DNA of 64,000 bases. Source: Bugula neritina. Lineage: Eukaryota > Animalia > Bryozoa. The notes beneath the pieces are model-generated. The model made no database searches. It was not told where the DNA came from and worked only from the letters and a program-made list of their open reading frames with translations. Shown here piece by piece: positions 1-12,550 of this stretch. The translations under genes were made by a program, and so were the position numbers. The stretch spans positions 20,522,995 to 20,586,994 of the forward strand of contig OZ037765.1 in assembly GCA_964035545.1 (NCBI GenBank), in the 5' to 3' direction. The first letter of the stretch is position 1. Each line of letters starts with the position of its first letter.

Positions 1-395
1 ATATTTCTAAGAAAATGTCACTGCAACTGTGTTGATGAATACTATTCCGCTGGGAATACAGCTTTATAAGCTCTATGGACTGTTTTCTTACTGTTTCTTT
101 GTTCTTAAGCTAACATTGTTGATAAATCATAGATAAATAGGACAATGAACATAGATACTTGAGTAGACCATATTATAAATCAAACTTGTGTGACGCATAG
201 ATTCTATTGGTTAGTTTAGGAAGGCTGTTGGGTTGGCAACACAACATATTACTGTTTTATGGGGATGAGCAGTTTACTCATTCCAATACGTTGACTCACG
301 GCTTCCCATTTCAAGAAGATGAATGGCATTTACTTATCCAAGAATATTCCTGAAGTTATTATTGAGTTCTTTTATCCTTGAGCTTGTTTCTGTAG

Positions 396-3300
396 ATGTC
401 TGACTGGACCTTTCCAAAGTGATGCTTTAATTGTTCCAAAAAAGTGTGAGTTTGATCATGTTCACCAGCCAAAGCAGTGTCACGGATTTGCTTGGTGGAA
501 GGATGTGGCCTTCAAGGCGTGTCAAGGACTGAAGCACATGAAGGTCGAGAGCTACGCTATGCTTCTACCATGCGGCACAGATTTGTTTACTGGAGTGGAA
601 TACGTTTGCTGTCCGGGTAAACATTTGTTCTTCACCTTTGTTGCTTCATTCACCAGTACATGGTGAAACATTGAATGTACTGGCCAATTAATTGTGGAAG
701 CAAGAAAATGTTTCTCAATTCAACTATATAATTTCCTTTTTTTAACATAGATGCTCGTAAGACCAGTTTGAAACTAGTCATAAAATGTCATAATGCAAGT
801 ATCATAGCAAGTCAGATAAGTTTGAATGGTATAAAACTGTTGCCAAGTTTTATTCTTGCTTGGACCCAGTATAAATAACATTAGCTTGTCAGTTTTTGAA
901 TATTACATTTTTCTCAAAAACAAATTAATAAACTGATAATTAATAATTTTTAATCTATCAGCAGCCTACCATCTGCAATCTCACAGCATCCTGTTGACTA
1001 TGGTGCAATGCATTATATATTAAAATTTTTAGCATATGTTATAGACATTGCCATGGCAACTAAGCATTCTTTTATGTTAATTTTGTTTTTAGTTTCAACG
1101 GTTTGGCTCTACAGGCTTCACTACCTAAATAAGTGCTTCCAATTTATCTGGTGAATCATAATATCTTTTGTTTGCAGATTCTAATGCAACTGCTTCTACC
1201 GATATTGATGCCAATGAATCAACAACGAGCAGTGTCAAGGTCGTACCATCAGTGAATGTTGCCGGTGGACTTAAGGATTCCGTTAACAAGTATCTCAATA
1301 TGAAGCAATCTTCTTACAAGAACACTGAGCACTTGGCCTATGAAGCTGCTAAGAGTGAGCTAGTAAAAGAGGACCGTGAGAAAGCTGGCAAGGTAAAAGG
1401 GTATACGTTCTCCTCTGCCCTCCTGCCCCCCTGCCCCCCTGCCCCCCCCCCCCTCCTTGCACACTTGGCCAGTAAATCAGTTGCAGCAGATATTTATAAT
1501 GCCATCTCAGTTAAAGGTTATTTGGTTAACAATTATCATCTAGTTATACCTAAAACGCAGTTACAACTTCCCAACATTACTTGGTTCAAGGTTGTTCCTT
1601 TTCGTCAATCTTTTTGGAAGCTGGGAAACAGCTGTGTTGCATTTGGCCAGTATTTAATACTTTAAAGTGATCAGGGTAAGAACTTGTAAGCTGAAAATAT
1701 TTTGCTTTGAGAGGTTTAAAATTTCCTAATCTAAGATAATTAACTGCAATACCTGGTATTAGATGCAGTTTGCTGGCTCTTAACAGCTAATGCCTATTAG
1801 ACTATGATTCTCACCATAAGGTTTTTTGGAGAAGCCTCTGGCTTTGCCAACCCGTACACATGTCTACCTCCGCACTGGCACTGCCGCTGATAGAGATGGG
1901 ATGTTGAGCCAAAGTTTCCAGAGTTGATGTGTGGTGTTTTGTTCTGTGAGAAAATTTAATGAAAGTTGGTTGATTCACAAATTTCTTTTTCACCGAGTTT
2001 TATAGCCGCACTTAATCTCACATTTCACCGGCAGTGGGTTGCCATCGAAGTCTTCTGCTGACGTTATTTCTTCGTAGATTCTGAGTAATTGCTTAGGCAA
2101 ACAGCCTCTAGCTCTTTACTATTAGCAAATTTGATTAGGGAGCATTAGCTAGCGCCTCATTTTGACGTAGAGTAATTGCTGGATTTATGTAATTTTATGA
2201 TTTAGTTGTTGTAGACATTCTTATTAAATCAGTTCTCTTTTTTCAACCAATTAAACACTAGTTTGAAGGTTTTCTCTTACCAAATTACTCATAACTAACA
2301 AGTGTCTGGAGATTTTTCTTTTTGATATACCAATTGTTTGAAATTTCATTAACAATATGAACGCATGATGTTGAATGCTTTCCAACACGTTGTATGCTTG
2401 TTGTATGGTAGGAAGGGCATGTTATATGCTTGTTGTATGGTAGGAAGGGGCATGTTATATGCTTGTTGTATGGTAGAAGGGGCATGTTATATGCTTGTTG
2501 TATGGTAGGAAGGGGCATGTTATATGCTTGTTGTATGGTAGGAAGGGCATGCTAAGCCATTGAACTTCAGATAAATCAGTACTAAGTCATTGGTTTGTTT
2601 TATAGATTATGTTTCTACATTTCATTTCTAAAATTAAACAAGTTTGTAGGCTAAATCAGAGGGTAATATTGATTTATGCATAATTCTACTATTCATCTGC
2701 GATGTATGCACTGTAAAGCTATTAGGGGTGTTATGTAGCCTTTTACTGTGTTTGTATTCAGCCAGTCTTGCCTATTCAGTGTTGATACAGTGCTTTCTTA
2801 CTGGAACTTTCTACAAATGATTTGTATATATTGCACTCAGTTAGCCAAAACTCCTTATTAGCTCACAGTTCACCTGCTTTATGCAGATGTTTTAGAAACG
2901 CTTTTACACACTGTTACTTTGCACCCAGGTTATAAGGCAGTTAAGGTAGTTTATGATGTTACTGTAATGGCCCCTCCGCCTATTGCCTAATAATAAATGC
3001 ATATTATGACTATTACCTTTACAATTAGCATAGTAGAAATTATATAACTAAATCCTGTCTGGGTGTTTGGTGAAGTAGCCCCTTCTACATTCTGTTCAAT
3101 TGTGTTGGAGCTCTTACTAAAAGATAAATGTTTTGCATATAGTGCTATTTCGATAGAAAGAACAGGTTAACTATGCATTGGCCCAAGGGAAAAATGATAT
3201 ATGTTTTTCTCTCTGTTGACGTCGACAAACTCTTTCTGAATTTAGCTTGACTGACTTGGTGGTGTGCTAAATCTACAGTCAATATTATTATACTTGTCCT

Positions 3301-6300
3301 TTCCATAATTCGTATGGAAATGATTTAGGAACTTTTCTGAATTAAGACTTCATAATAACATCCAAATTAAACACTGTACTTTATACTATACAAAATGGCT
3401 GCTTACTTTCTATTTGAACTGTGATTTTCTGGTATTATTCAAGCACCTCCTACTTTCAAGTGACTCTGCTACATGACTGACTATAAAGTACTATGTGACT
3501 ATAAGTGACTGTGACTATAAGTGACTGTGACTAGAAGTGACTGTGACTTTAAGTGACTGTGACTATAAGTGACTTGATTTAACTCAACTCTAAAACTTGC
3601 CAGATATTTGCTTCAGTTTGATTTTACGTTCAGTTTTGTTCATATTATAATTCAGATATTGGTTTTACCGTTATAAATTATCTGTTATTAGTTAAGTTGC
3701 AGTAGAGAGGATTTATATACTAAAAATTTAAATATAAATTATCACTAGTATTCTACTGGAGTAGCCTTTATCGTTACAAGGACTCTTCAACCTGTTTGTG
3801 CAATAATAGCTCTTTTGCATCTAAACTTGAGGACCAGATTATGGATCAATTTCATCTGCCACTGCAGTGTAATAAGTAATATGTAGTAGCAGCCTACTCA
3901 CAGGTGCAGTTATTGTAGTCTAGAAATTTCTAACTATTTTTGTCTGCAATCTATGAAATAAAAGCCACTTTTCTAAAAAAAGGTCACTCAAAAACAAAAA
4001 GTTACATCACTTTTATTTTATACATTTAACCACTTAGATATCTCAGTGTTATATGTTCTTTCTGGAAAGACTCCGTTATATTATTCAGATGCTTTACATT
4101 CCCTTGTCTAACCAACTTTTCATTCTCAAAGCCAATAACTGTTGCTTATAAGAATGAGTGCATGTTCTATTTTATATAACATCATACTTTGTGTGCCATC
4201 AATTCGAAAGGGGTTAAAGAGACAAATTGTTGATTTCCAGTAACATTTTAGAAACTAATTGCGTTTATTTAAGAGGTATATTATAGAAAAATGTATTATA
4301 AGTGATGTGATTATTTATAGCTGATGAAAGAGTGGGAAGACTCCAGAAAACGAGTAAAAGATTTAAAGAAAATTGACTCTAAAGGTGCCGAGAAAGCGAA
4401 TGTAGAGATCACAAGGAGATTTGAGAAAGAATACTTTGCCATGCAGACTGCTAGTGGGTTTCCTATACGCAAAAATAGTGACCTTCTTTCTATATAGTAT
4501 ATTATAATAGACACCATGCCCTGCAGTTGAACAATAATTTGCAGAATCTTTAAACAAGTATTTAAAAACTCTTGCAACGAGTGGTTTTTATTGCTATCCT
4601 GTTCACCAGATGCAAACCTTAGTCATTTCTCTTTCCTCATTAGTTCCAAGACTGATGTACAATGTTTGAGTCAATCTACTCTCATTGCAGGTGATGCCAA
4701 ACTGCAGCAACTGGATGCTGTCCACCAGCAGCATGTACAGACAAATCTCGATGCTAAGAAAAGGAAATCTATTGAAAAGTTAATGCAGGAATTGCAATCT
4801 ACTCAGCCAAATGTGAGTAACGGTTTCTATGGCATGCTGAGAAGTATGTAGGAGTCAGTATCTAAACTCTAGAGTCTTGAATGTGCTTAAGGCGGCTTCA
4901 AGAAGACCCAGGTCTTGGTTTGATGCTTTTCAAATGATTTGAGAATTACAAAAAAATGTTCACGCTTTCTGCATTTATATAAGGAATTTTGTAATTCCAT
5001 TCCCACTGCTTATGGAATGTTGGCTCAATTTTATTGCAGGCTCCTATGACCTACATTTACTCTGAAAACTATCTTAATGGGTTTTTTTTTTGTTGAAAGT
5101 TTATTCTAAAACTAGTTCAACAGATGGAGTAGTCACAGTTTCTTATTGTGTAGTCTTGAGTCCTGTGAAAATTTTCTGTGTTGTAACATAAAAGTTGACA
5201 ACTCAGCATAGGCAGCACGCAAACTAGCTCCTCTCTGCAATGAACACTGTTTCTATCTGCGCTGGTCTAGACATGCAGTGTGCTGCTGTTGTATAGACTG
5301 AGCACTGCTTGAACCCTATTGTTGGAGCTAGAATGGACATATAGGTGGTCCAGGTGTTGCATACTCAATGAGTAATTGCTCACTGAGTCTCTACTAGCTT
5401 ACTTGTGGATAAACATTCCTCTTTCTCTCATTAAGATTTCTCCTAATAGTTAGGATAATCAATGCTATTATTGATTAAATCAATTGTATTGAGTAGTATT
5501 GCCTAGTATTTGTTCTTTATGGCCTTCTGTTAAGGTGTGGGCCATGCTAAATGCCCTGTTACAGTGTGTCCTCAGTGTGCAGTACAATTCTGTCAATAAT
5601 TGCTTCATGTTTGAGTTGAGTCATTTTATAGCCATCTGTTAGCTTTTCATTATATATCAGCAGATATCACTCGTGTATCTAAATAATTTATTCCATTACA
5701 ACTTCCCCCTCCGTAACACATTTGTATCTATTGAACTAGAAACTCATAAACTTGAATGTAAGTGCTGGTTTAGCATTTTAGGAAGTTCCCAATGTAGAAC
5801 ATTTGTTGGTGGTTTTCAACCCACATCACAGACTAAGATACATAATCCCAATATATAGAAGAAAAAGAGCATCGTAGTAGGTGAAACTTAACAACCTTCC
5901 AGTACTTTGCAGCTGACTATTGGGAATTAAATAAAAGAAATTTTAGCAATAAAGCTAAATTATTGGCCACCAGAGTGTTTGCTAAAGGCTGGGGTAATGA
6001 GCATTACATTAGAAGCTGTGAAAACTTCAATTGTTACAGCAGTCTGTAATAACCAGGGCTCAATCCATTATAAGAAGGTATTAAATATAATTCAGACAAT
6101 AAACAACTTTTCAGGTGTTAGTTTTTTGTCCTGCAACAAAATATTATATAAAACATTCCATCATCTCTTCTAACCTGTAACCATGTAACACATTTATCAC
6201 TTCTAGGAGATGGGGAAATTTCTTGTACTATTATTGGGTTGTGCACTCAGTGAATGGAATAGCATCACGAAGTATGCAGATAGTCTACTCCATACTCTAC

Positions 6301-9300
6301 TAGTCTGATTATACACACAGAACATGCACAAATATAGACACTTGATCTTATCTGCCTTATTGTATCATATTCCAAGTTGTATATACATAAAATGTGTATT
6401 GTCGGCTTGCATGCTGTGCAAACTAAAATATGTTTGAAGATGTGTATTTTTTCTACAAAGATATGCAGCAGCGATTGCAAGGCACTACACATCTCTAGAT
6501 GCTGGAGTGTGCTTTATGCCTGCATGACTTTACCTACGCAACTGTGATTTATGCTGTGGAAATTCAATAACCTTCGTTTGAAGAAAACCGACATTACTTT
6601 GGCTGTAAGAGCTTGCAGCATTCAGTCATGGACTTCTTCCTCTCTAAACTCAGATGAGTTACTGAAGAACACAGTTTTCTTTTAGGGCAAAACCCATTGA
6701 GTTTAGTGAAACTCTTGCCAAACACCCACTCTTTAAGCAAATTGAACATTTCATTTCATCAGAAAAACATAACACGCAGCTAATGTCAATTGAGTGTTCA
6801 GTCTTCGTGTTTGTAGGAGTTTAAATGCTAAGAAATGTGTATCTACAGTGTAGGTGGTGGTTGACTACCTAGCTGTGATGTATCCCAACAGGACTTAGTC
6901 TCATATCTCATCTATATCTTTAGATGATTTTCCTTCTTGTGATGCAACTAGCAGATGTTCAGTTTCTATTTGCTGGGGGTTGTCATTGTTTGCTGATGGT
7001 AGTCAGTTGAAGAGAGAGCTGTTGACGTTCTAATTACTATCAGCTAATCAATAGCTTTACTTCTATTTGCTCAACTTTGAAAAGAAGTCATTCAACTCCT
7101 ACATAAACACAAACCATAGTTCCTATGCATTATTCACTGTTAAATCTACAATAATCATCTACTTTTATGTCTGAGCTTGTAGTTCATTAGAAAATATACT
7201 AGTCCTTGAAAAGGCACCATGACTGGAGTATGGCTCTGTTTCCCCCTGACTCAGTCATGTTAACCTGCAGGAAGCAATTTCACCAATGTCCACATACAAC
7301 ACCGATGTGGCCATAAAATCTGTTGGTGTTACTTGTTACAGGAAAGAAAGCTGATGAAGGAGTTGAAGCGATATATCAGTACTGAGGAAAAGGATGCCCA
7401 CCATTGCATTCAGCACTACAAGAAGATTAGAGACAGAGATGGTGCCCAGGGTCAGCAATTACTGCCGGCCACCATATCTCACCTAAGTCTCATCAGGTTA
7501 GCTCATCTGCCACTTATACACTAAAAGCCAAGCTACTAAACCAAGGATAGCGAATTATTAGTCCTCACCAACCTATCTTCCCTTGCCAAGTGGTTACCTA
7601 GGAACACCTGAGGAAGAAAATGGTGTCAAAATGTTATGGTTTCTTGGCAGAAAATATCTATTTAAAAATGCTTTAATTACATGTATTTGTTTTGTCAATA
7701 ATTTTTATTGTACACCTAATTGCCTAAAAAAATTTATTTATTAGTAATTTTCTACTATCACTAATGTTATTTGGGCACTCCTGCTTGAATGTTCAGATTT
7801 TTATTCTCCGGTCTCCATATGCATTATAAGTTCACTGAAATGCAGTTATTAAGGTAACCAATGTGTGTCTTGTTCATAGCAAGAGAATCAATCAGAGTAT
7901 TGGTCTACTGGACGCCCTGGCTGACACCAATGTGAAAGAAAAACTGGTTAAGGAAACCAATGACTGGAGATCTAAGAGATTCAACAGTATAGACATGTAC
8001 ATCTCAACATTCAAGAAAGAGCTGGCCATTCATCATGTAGTGAAGGTAATAGCCGCTGTGTGTAACACAGTCTCTTTGAGTTCTATTATAAATCTTGGAT
8101 TAATTTGTGGTACAATTCAAGGAAAACCATCTGCCTGACAATCGGTAGAAGAAAGATTCCTAGTATTCAGGAAAATACAGGTATTCTCATGCCTGACTGG
8201 TTAAATATCAAATGCACCTGCCCTGTGTCACATACATGTCTGCTGCTTAATATCTGCCATGGCAATGGAGGCATTCCTATAGTCTGAGTTTATATATCAT
8301 GAGTTTTGAAATTAATCTATTAAAGCAGAAATTTTAAAACTCCTCTGTTACTACTTCGGTCTCAAAAAAAATTTTTAAATTAAAAAGAATGCTAGTCTCT
8401 ATATAAGATTTTTGAAATCAAAGAAAGGGTAACCAAGGCTTTGGCGCCCACACTTACCAAACAATTTAAATATTAATTAGTTGGTTTGGCAATTGTTATT
8501 TAAGATGAGTACAACATATTTTAAATAAGCTTTCGGCATCTTATTGGTGAATCAATTGGATGAAAAGCCTTTGAGTATATTTTCAAAATAATGTGGGGTT
8601 TCTTATCAATTTTGAAATTTTCACCTGAAGCTTTTCTGTACATTTGGTTATAACAATCTTTATTCATTTTCAGACACGATTTACAGTCAAAATCAAAAAG
8701 TATATACTTTTCTCACGAGTAGTACACAAAGATTAACTTTACAAGCATGTTACATGCAGACTCTAAAATAAAGCCTTCCTAGGGGTAAAATGGTGACCTT
8801 CCCAACAGGCTGTGTTTGAAGGTAGTATAAAGTTAGAAGCTAGGAGTTGGTAGCTCATAATACAAGTGTTTGCTGTGTTTATAGAAGGTAGACCCAACCA
8901 CTCCTGAACCAAAGAAACCAATTTCAACATCTAAGCCAGAGGTCCTAGAGATGGCGAAGAAACCAGTCATTACAGTTATGGAAACTAAGCCTCAGCCAGA
9001 AACTCTGTCTGTGAAACCATCATACAAACAGATGGCGGAGAAATATGCTGCAGCAACTGGTAAGGAGAGTGTATTTGACTATAAACTGTAAGAATAGAGG
9101 TTACTGTGGGTATTCAAGCCAAGTTCTCCTACACTTTATTATCCTGTGGCAGGCAACGCTACTTGTTAGTCTGTTCAAAAGAATTTCCAAGTTCTTTGAA
9201 CTGTAAATTTATTGACAACTAAATTATTTCTTCATTCCGTGGTATTGACAGTCGGAGGTGCTACTCATTAATAAACACCAGGTGTTTGTGTGAAGGTGTC

Positions 9301-11247
9301 TATGTGATTCAATGCACTGCTGTGCTGTAGCGTGGAATATACCAAACCTAGGTTGTATCTTATATTATTGAGGATATAAAGAGATAAAAATCATGTTACT
9401 ACGTAAGCTTGTGGAATGATCATAAAATGCGTTTTATTTCAAGAAAGAATGTTTTCTTTCAATGCATTTCCGATTTCCCAGAATATTTTCACTCCTCTCT
9501 CTGTTTTTAACTGAAACAAAGTTATTCCAATATGAATAATCGGATCTTGAATCTCCCGATTACTCTCTCAACACAAAACATGTAAGTTAATATCTCTTTC
9601 AGGGAACTCTAAACTTGTAAAGCCTAAAGCCATATTTACTCTAGATGAAGAAAATGCGAAGGAACTGGAACATGCCCCTAAAGTTAAAATAGCAGTGAGT
9701 TATGAACCTTTGTTTTAGCCTACATTTAATGTGTGTACAGCAGGCCTACACTTGAATATGAAATGTTTCAAGTTACTTAGATTAGTAACTAAGCACTGAA
9801 TGCTAGAGCTAGCAGTATGCCAGTGAGCTATTAATGAGCTGTGATTATCTGATGATTTTGTATGATTAATGAGGCAGATAACATGAATGAGGTAATTTAG
9901 CTGCACTTACCACAACTCTTCACCATACTAAGTAAGTTGAGGTGTTGCTTTATCATAAATACAACTATTTCCCATGCACTAACTGAATGCCAACGACTTA
10001 TGATTTTATACATACACTGCTGTAACTTCTTGGTTTATGTACTACATATTCACAAACTAGTCAAGTATTCCAATTTCTAACTATTAGCTAATGTATTACC
10101 GAATGAGCCAACAGTAGACTTTGGAGTTGTCCTCCCAAAAATTGGTAATTTTCAGTTTTAATTCAAGTTTCAATACCTCAAGTTTTATTTATTTTAAGCT
10201 TAGAGTTAAAAAACACAGCAATCAAGGTACAAGCACTGTATAGGCTTACTTTACATAGTTGATGAGTTTTGGCATTGTGACAAATGTAAAGAATTTTGTA
10301 GGTGAGCCACCTGGCTGGTGGTGCAGGTGTGGTGGTGCAACCCAACGTGGCTGCAGTGGCTAGTGGCAGCCAGTCTGTGGCATCCAACCTCTCTGTTGGT
10401 GCAGCTGTTGCCATTGCTCTTGGTAAGCTCATTTAGTTGTGTTAGTTGTGTAGAATTAGCTATGCTAATCAAGAAACCAACATTATTATTGCGTAACCTA
10501 AGAAATACCCATTTTTTCATGCTTCATTGCTGTTGGTTGGCAGTTGGTAACTAAAATTAACTTATTTTTAAGTTGAGATTTCATGGTCAATTAGTGCTTC
10601 TAAGTACTTATGGTTTTAACAATATGCAATTTATCACAACCCATTCTCATGTATTGCATATCTCTTCACCGTTTAGTAATTAAATGGATGTACATATTTG
10701 TGATTCACTTTTCTGAGTTAGAAGAATTATTTAGTAGTTATGTGCTCTCTTATTTTTACAGGAACTGTTGCGGCCATATTCGTAGTGATATTCTCTGTTG
10801 TTGTGGCTAAGAGTAAGAGAAAAGGTGTATCCAAACCAGCTAAAGATGTCTACAGTGAGGTATCAGTGGAGGACAACCTTTCAGTAGAAGAGAAACACAT
10901 TGCCAGCATGCAGGTATACCATTGCTTTAATCTTTTTAATTGTGGTTTCAAGAAGCTATTTATATCCATGTTTTACTGTTTATTTCATATTCACCACACT
11001 GTTAAACCAGTATTGAATTATTATGTTCTATTAGTTGCTGTCACCTAAGTAACAGAAATAGTAATTTTTCTTGTGTATTTTAGTTGATTTTGATCTTTTT
11101 CCATACACTTATGGTGAGATTTAAGGATTATAATTTTGTGTTCAAACTGGGATTGCTTGTCAGGTGACATAACTTGAGGTGGATATTTTATTGTAGAATG
11201 GCTATGAAAACCCGACATATAAGCTGCTGGAATCTAAAGCAGTGTAA
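396..11247 (+). CDS. APP: Amyloid precursor protein family (APP/APPL/APL-1-like), 5'-partial, 11 coding exons in window
   Basis: Exons 396-616, 1178-1392, 4321-4453, 4691-4812, 7342-7496, 7880-8045, 8885-9059, 9603-9694, 10302-10422, 10762-10913, 11197-11247; all GT-AG and phase-consistent. Encodes the E1 CuBD (CLTGPFQSDALIVPKKCEF...YAMLLPCGTDLFTGVEYVCCP), helical E2 (LMKEWEDS...QQLDAVHQQHVQ), a TM segment (GAAVAIALGTVAAIFVVIFSVVVA-KSKRK) and the C-terminal GYENPTY motif. Signal peptide and GFLD exons lie upstream of the window. Confidence 0.95.
2392..2552. repeat. Minisatellite, ~32-bp unit x5
   Basis: TATGCTTGTTGTATGGTAGGAAGGG(G)CATGTTA repeated in an APP intron. Confidence 0.9.
3475..3574. 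repeat. Minisatellite, 16-bp unit x~6
   Basis: GACTGTGACTATAAGT repeats. Confidence 0.85.
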
Positions 11248-11810
11248 AGGAGAGAGTGTTAACTTTCATCTTGTGGCACTAATATTTTACTTTATTCTAT
11301 GTTTACTTGACTCCTAGTAACTTCTTTGATCTGTACAAGTATTGCATACTGTGCTAAATATTTGGGCTAGTGTCAGATTTTTTTGTATAGTTGACTTGTT
11401 TACCATCTACAAAATTAAAAGTTTTAATACTAATTTACCCAGACAACCCTCACTATAGTCTAACTTATGTAGTGGAGACAGTGTTTTATAAATTTATTGT
11501 TTTTATAATATTTTTGTGGTGCAAACATTTTTAACATTCACTTTAGAAAGGTTTATTCTGAGCATCTCTTACCACAATTTAGACAGAAGTTCTTTTTGAC
11601 CACAAGTTATTCAATATGTGAGCTCTACTACCCAGTGGGTAGTACCCACTACATTAGTTTAACCTACAGCATACCAATCTGCCAACAGTAAATTCAGTTA
11701 TAGTGCATAGGTGTAGTATTATTCTAGTTCCAAAGCTATTGCATCTGCTATTTTAAACATCTTAAAAAATACCACATATATTTCTTAATGTGAAAGTTTG
11801 AATGTTTTGG

Positions 11811-11816
11811 AATAAA
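11811..11816 (+). terminator. Probable polyadenylation signal of the APP-like gene
   Basis: AATAAA ~560 nt after the stop, followed by GT-rich sequence (TGTTGTATTTGTGTGTT). Confidence 0.5.
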
Positions 11817-12105
11817 ACATTCTCACTTCACCACATGTTGTATTTGTGTGTTCATCAGTTATAATATTTTGCACGACTAATGTTATTTCAAAGGGTTATA
11901 ATCTCATGTTTTACTTACTAATTTTATTACTTATCTATTAACACATAATTTTTTACTGCATGTGACTTTGGATGGCATAGTACAAGAATTTGCTTTGCTG
12001 TACAGAATGGCTAAAATTGTTTTACATCTGCTTTGCTTCTCCAAAATTCATATAATCTATGTTACTCATATTTAGAAATAAAATTATTAATTCCACAATT
12101 TATAC

Positions 12106-12111
12106 TTTATT
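12106..12111 (-). terminator. Candidate polyadenylation signal of NEK8
   Basis: TTTATT on + (AATAAA on -) ~440 nt past the NEK8 stop; convergent with the APP signal at 11811. Confidence 0.35.
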
Positions 12112-12550
12112 CATGAAATAAATGAGCATTATTTAATGAAAAATAATATGTTATAAAGTTTTTGAAGTACATATAAATGACTGTGAAGCATGGGCAGCCC
12201 AAGTTAAAAAATAATTACTTCAAATATATAAAACTATTCACAGCTCTAATTTTAAAAAATATCCAATTATTATGGCAAAATATATACAAAATTCTTCAAA
12301 TTAAACAAATATGTGCTAAAAATTGTTTAATCTTAGCAAAAATAATATAATCTCCTAACATCACCATATCAATGTATAAACAATTGCACATAGCCTGAGA
12401 TTCACCGCTGAACAATAAATACATAGTAGTGGGTGGAGTTGTCGTACAACTTTTTGCTGAAGCCTTTAAAGTTTAAATTTCGCTCACAACTTTAAAAAGA
12501 AGTAAAGGTTTTGCAAACTCTTGGATGAATGACAGTCTTAAAGAAAATCT

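Noticed and set aside
1418-1454. C-rich tract (minus-strand G-quadruplex potential) and Pro-rich ORF extension
   Set aside because: Intronic after the donor at 1392; simple C-run like those at 20975 and 32468, with no further support.
4026-4217. TTAA-flanked piggyBac-like element
   Set aside because: The ends (CCACTT vs CCCCTT) match only over a few bases; insufficient support.
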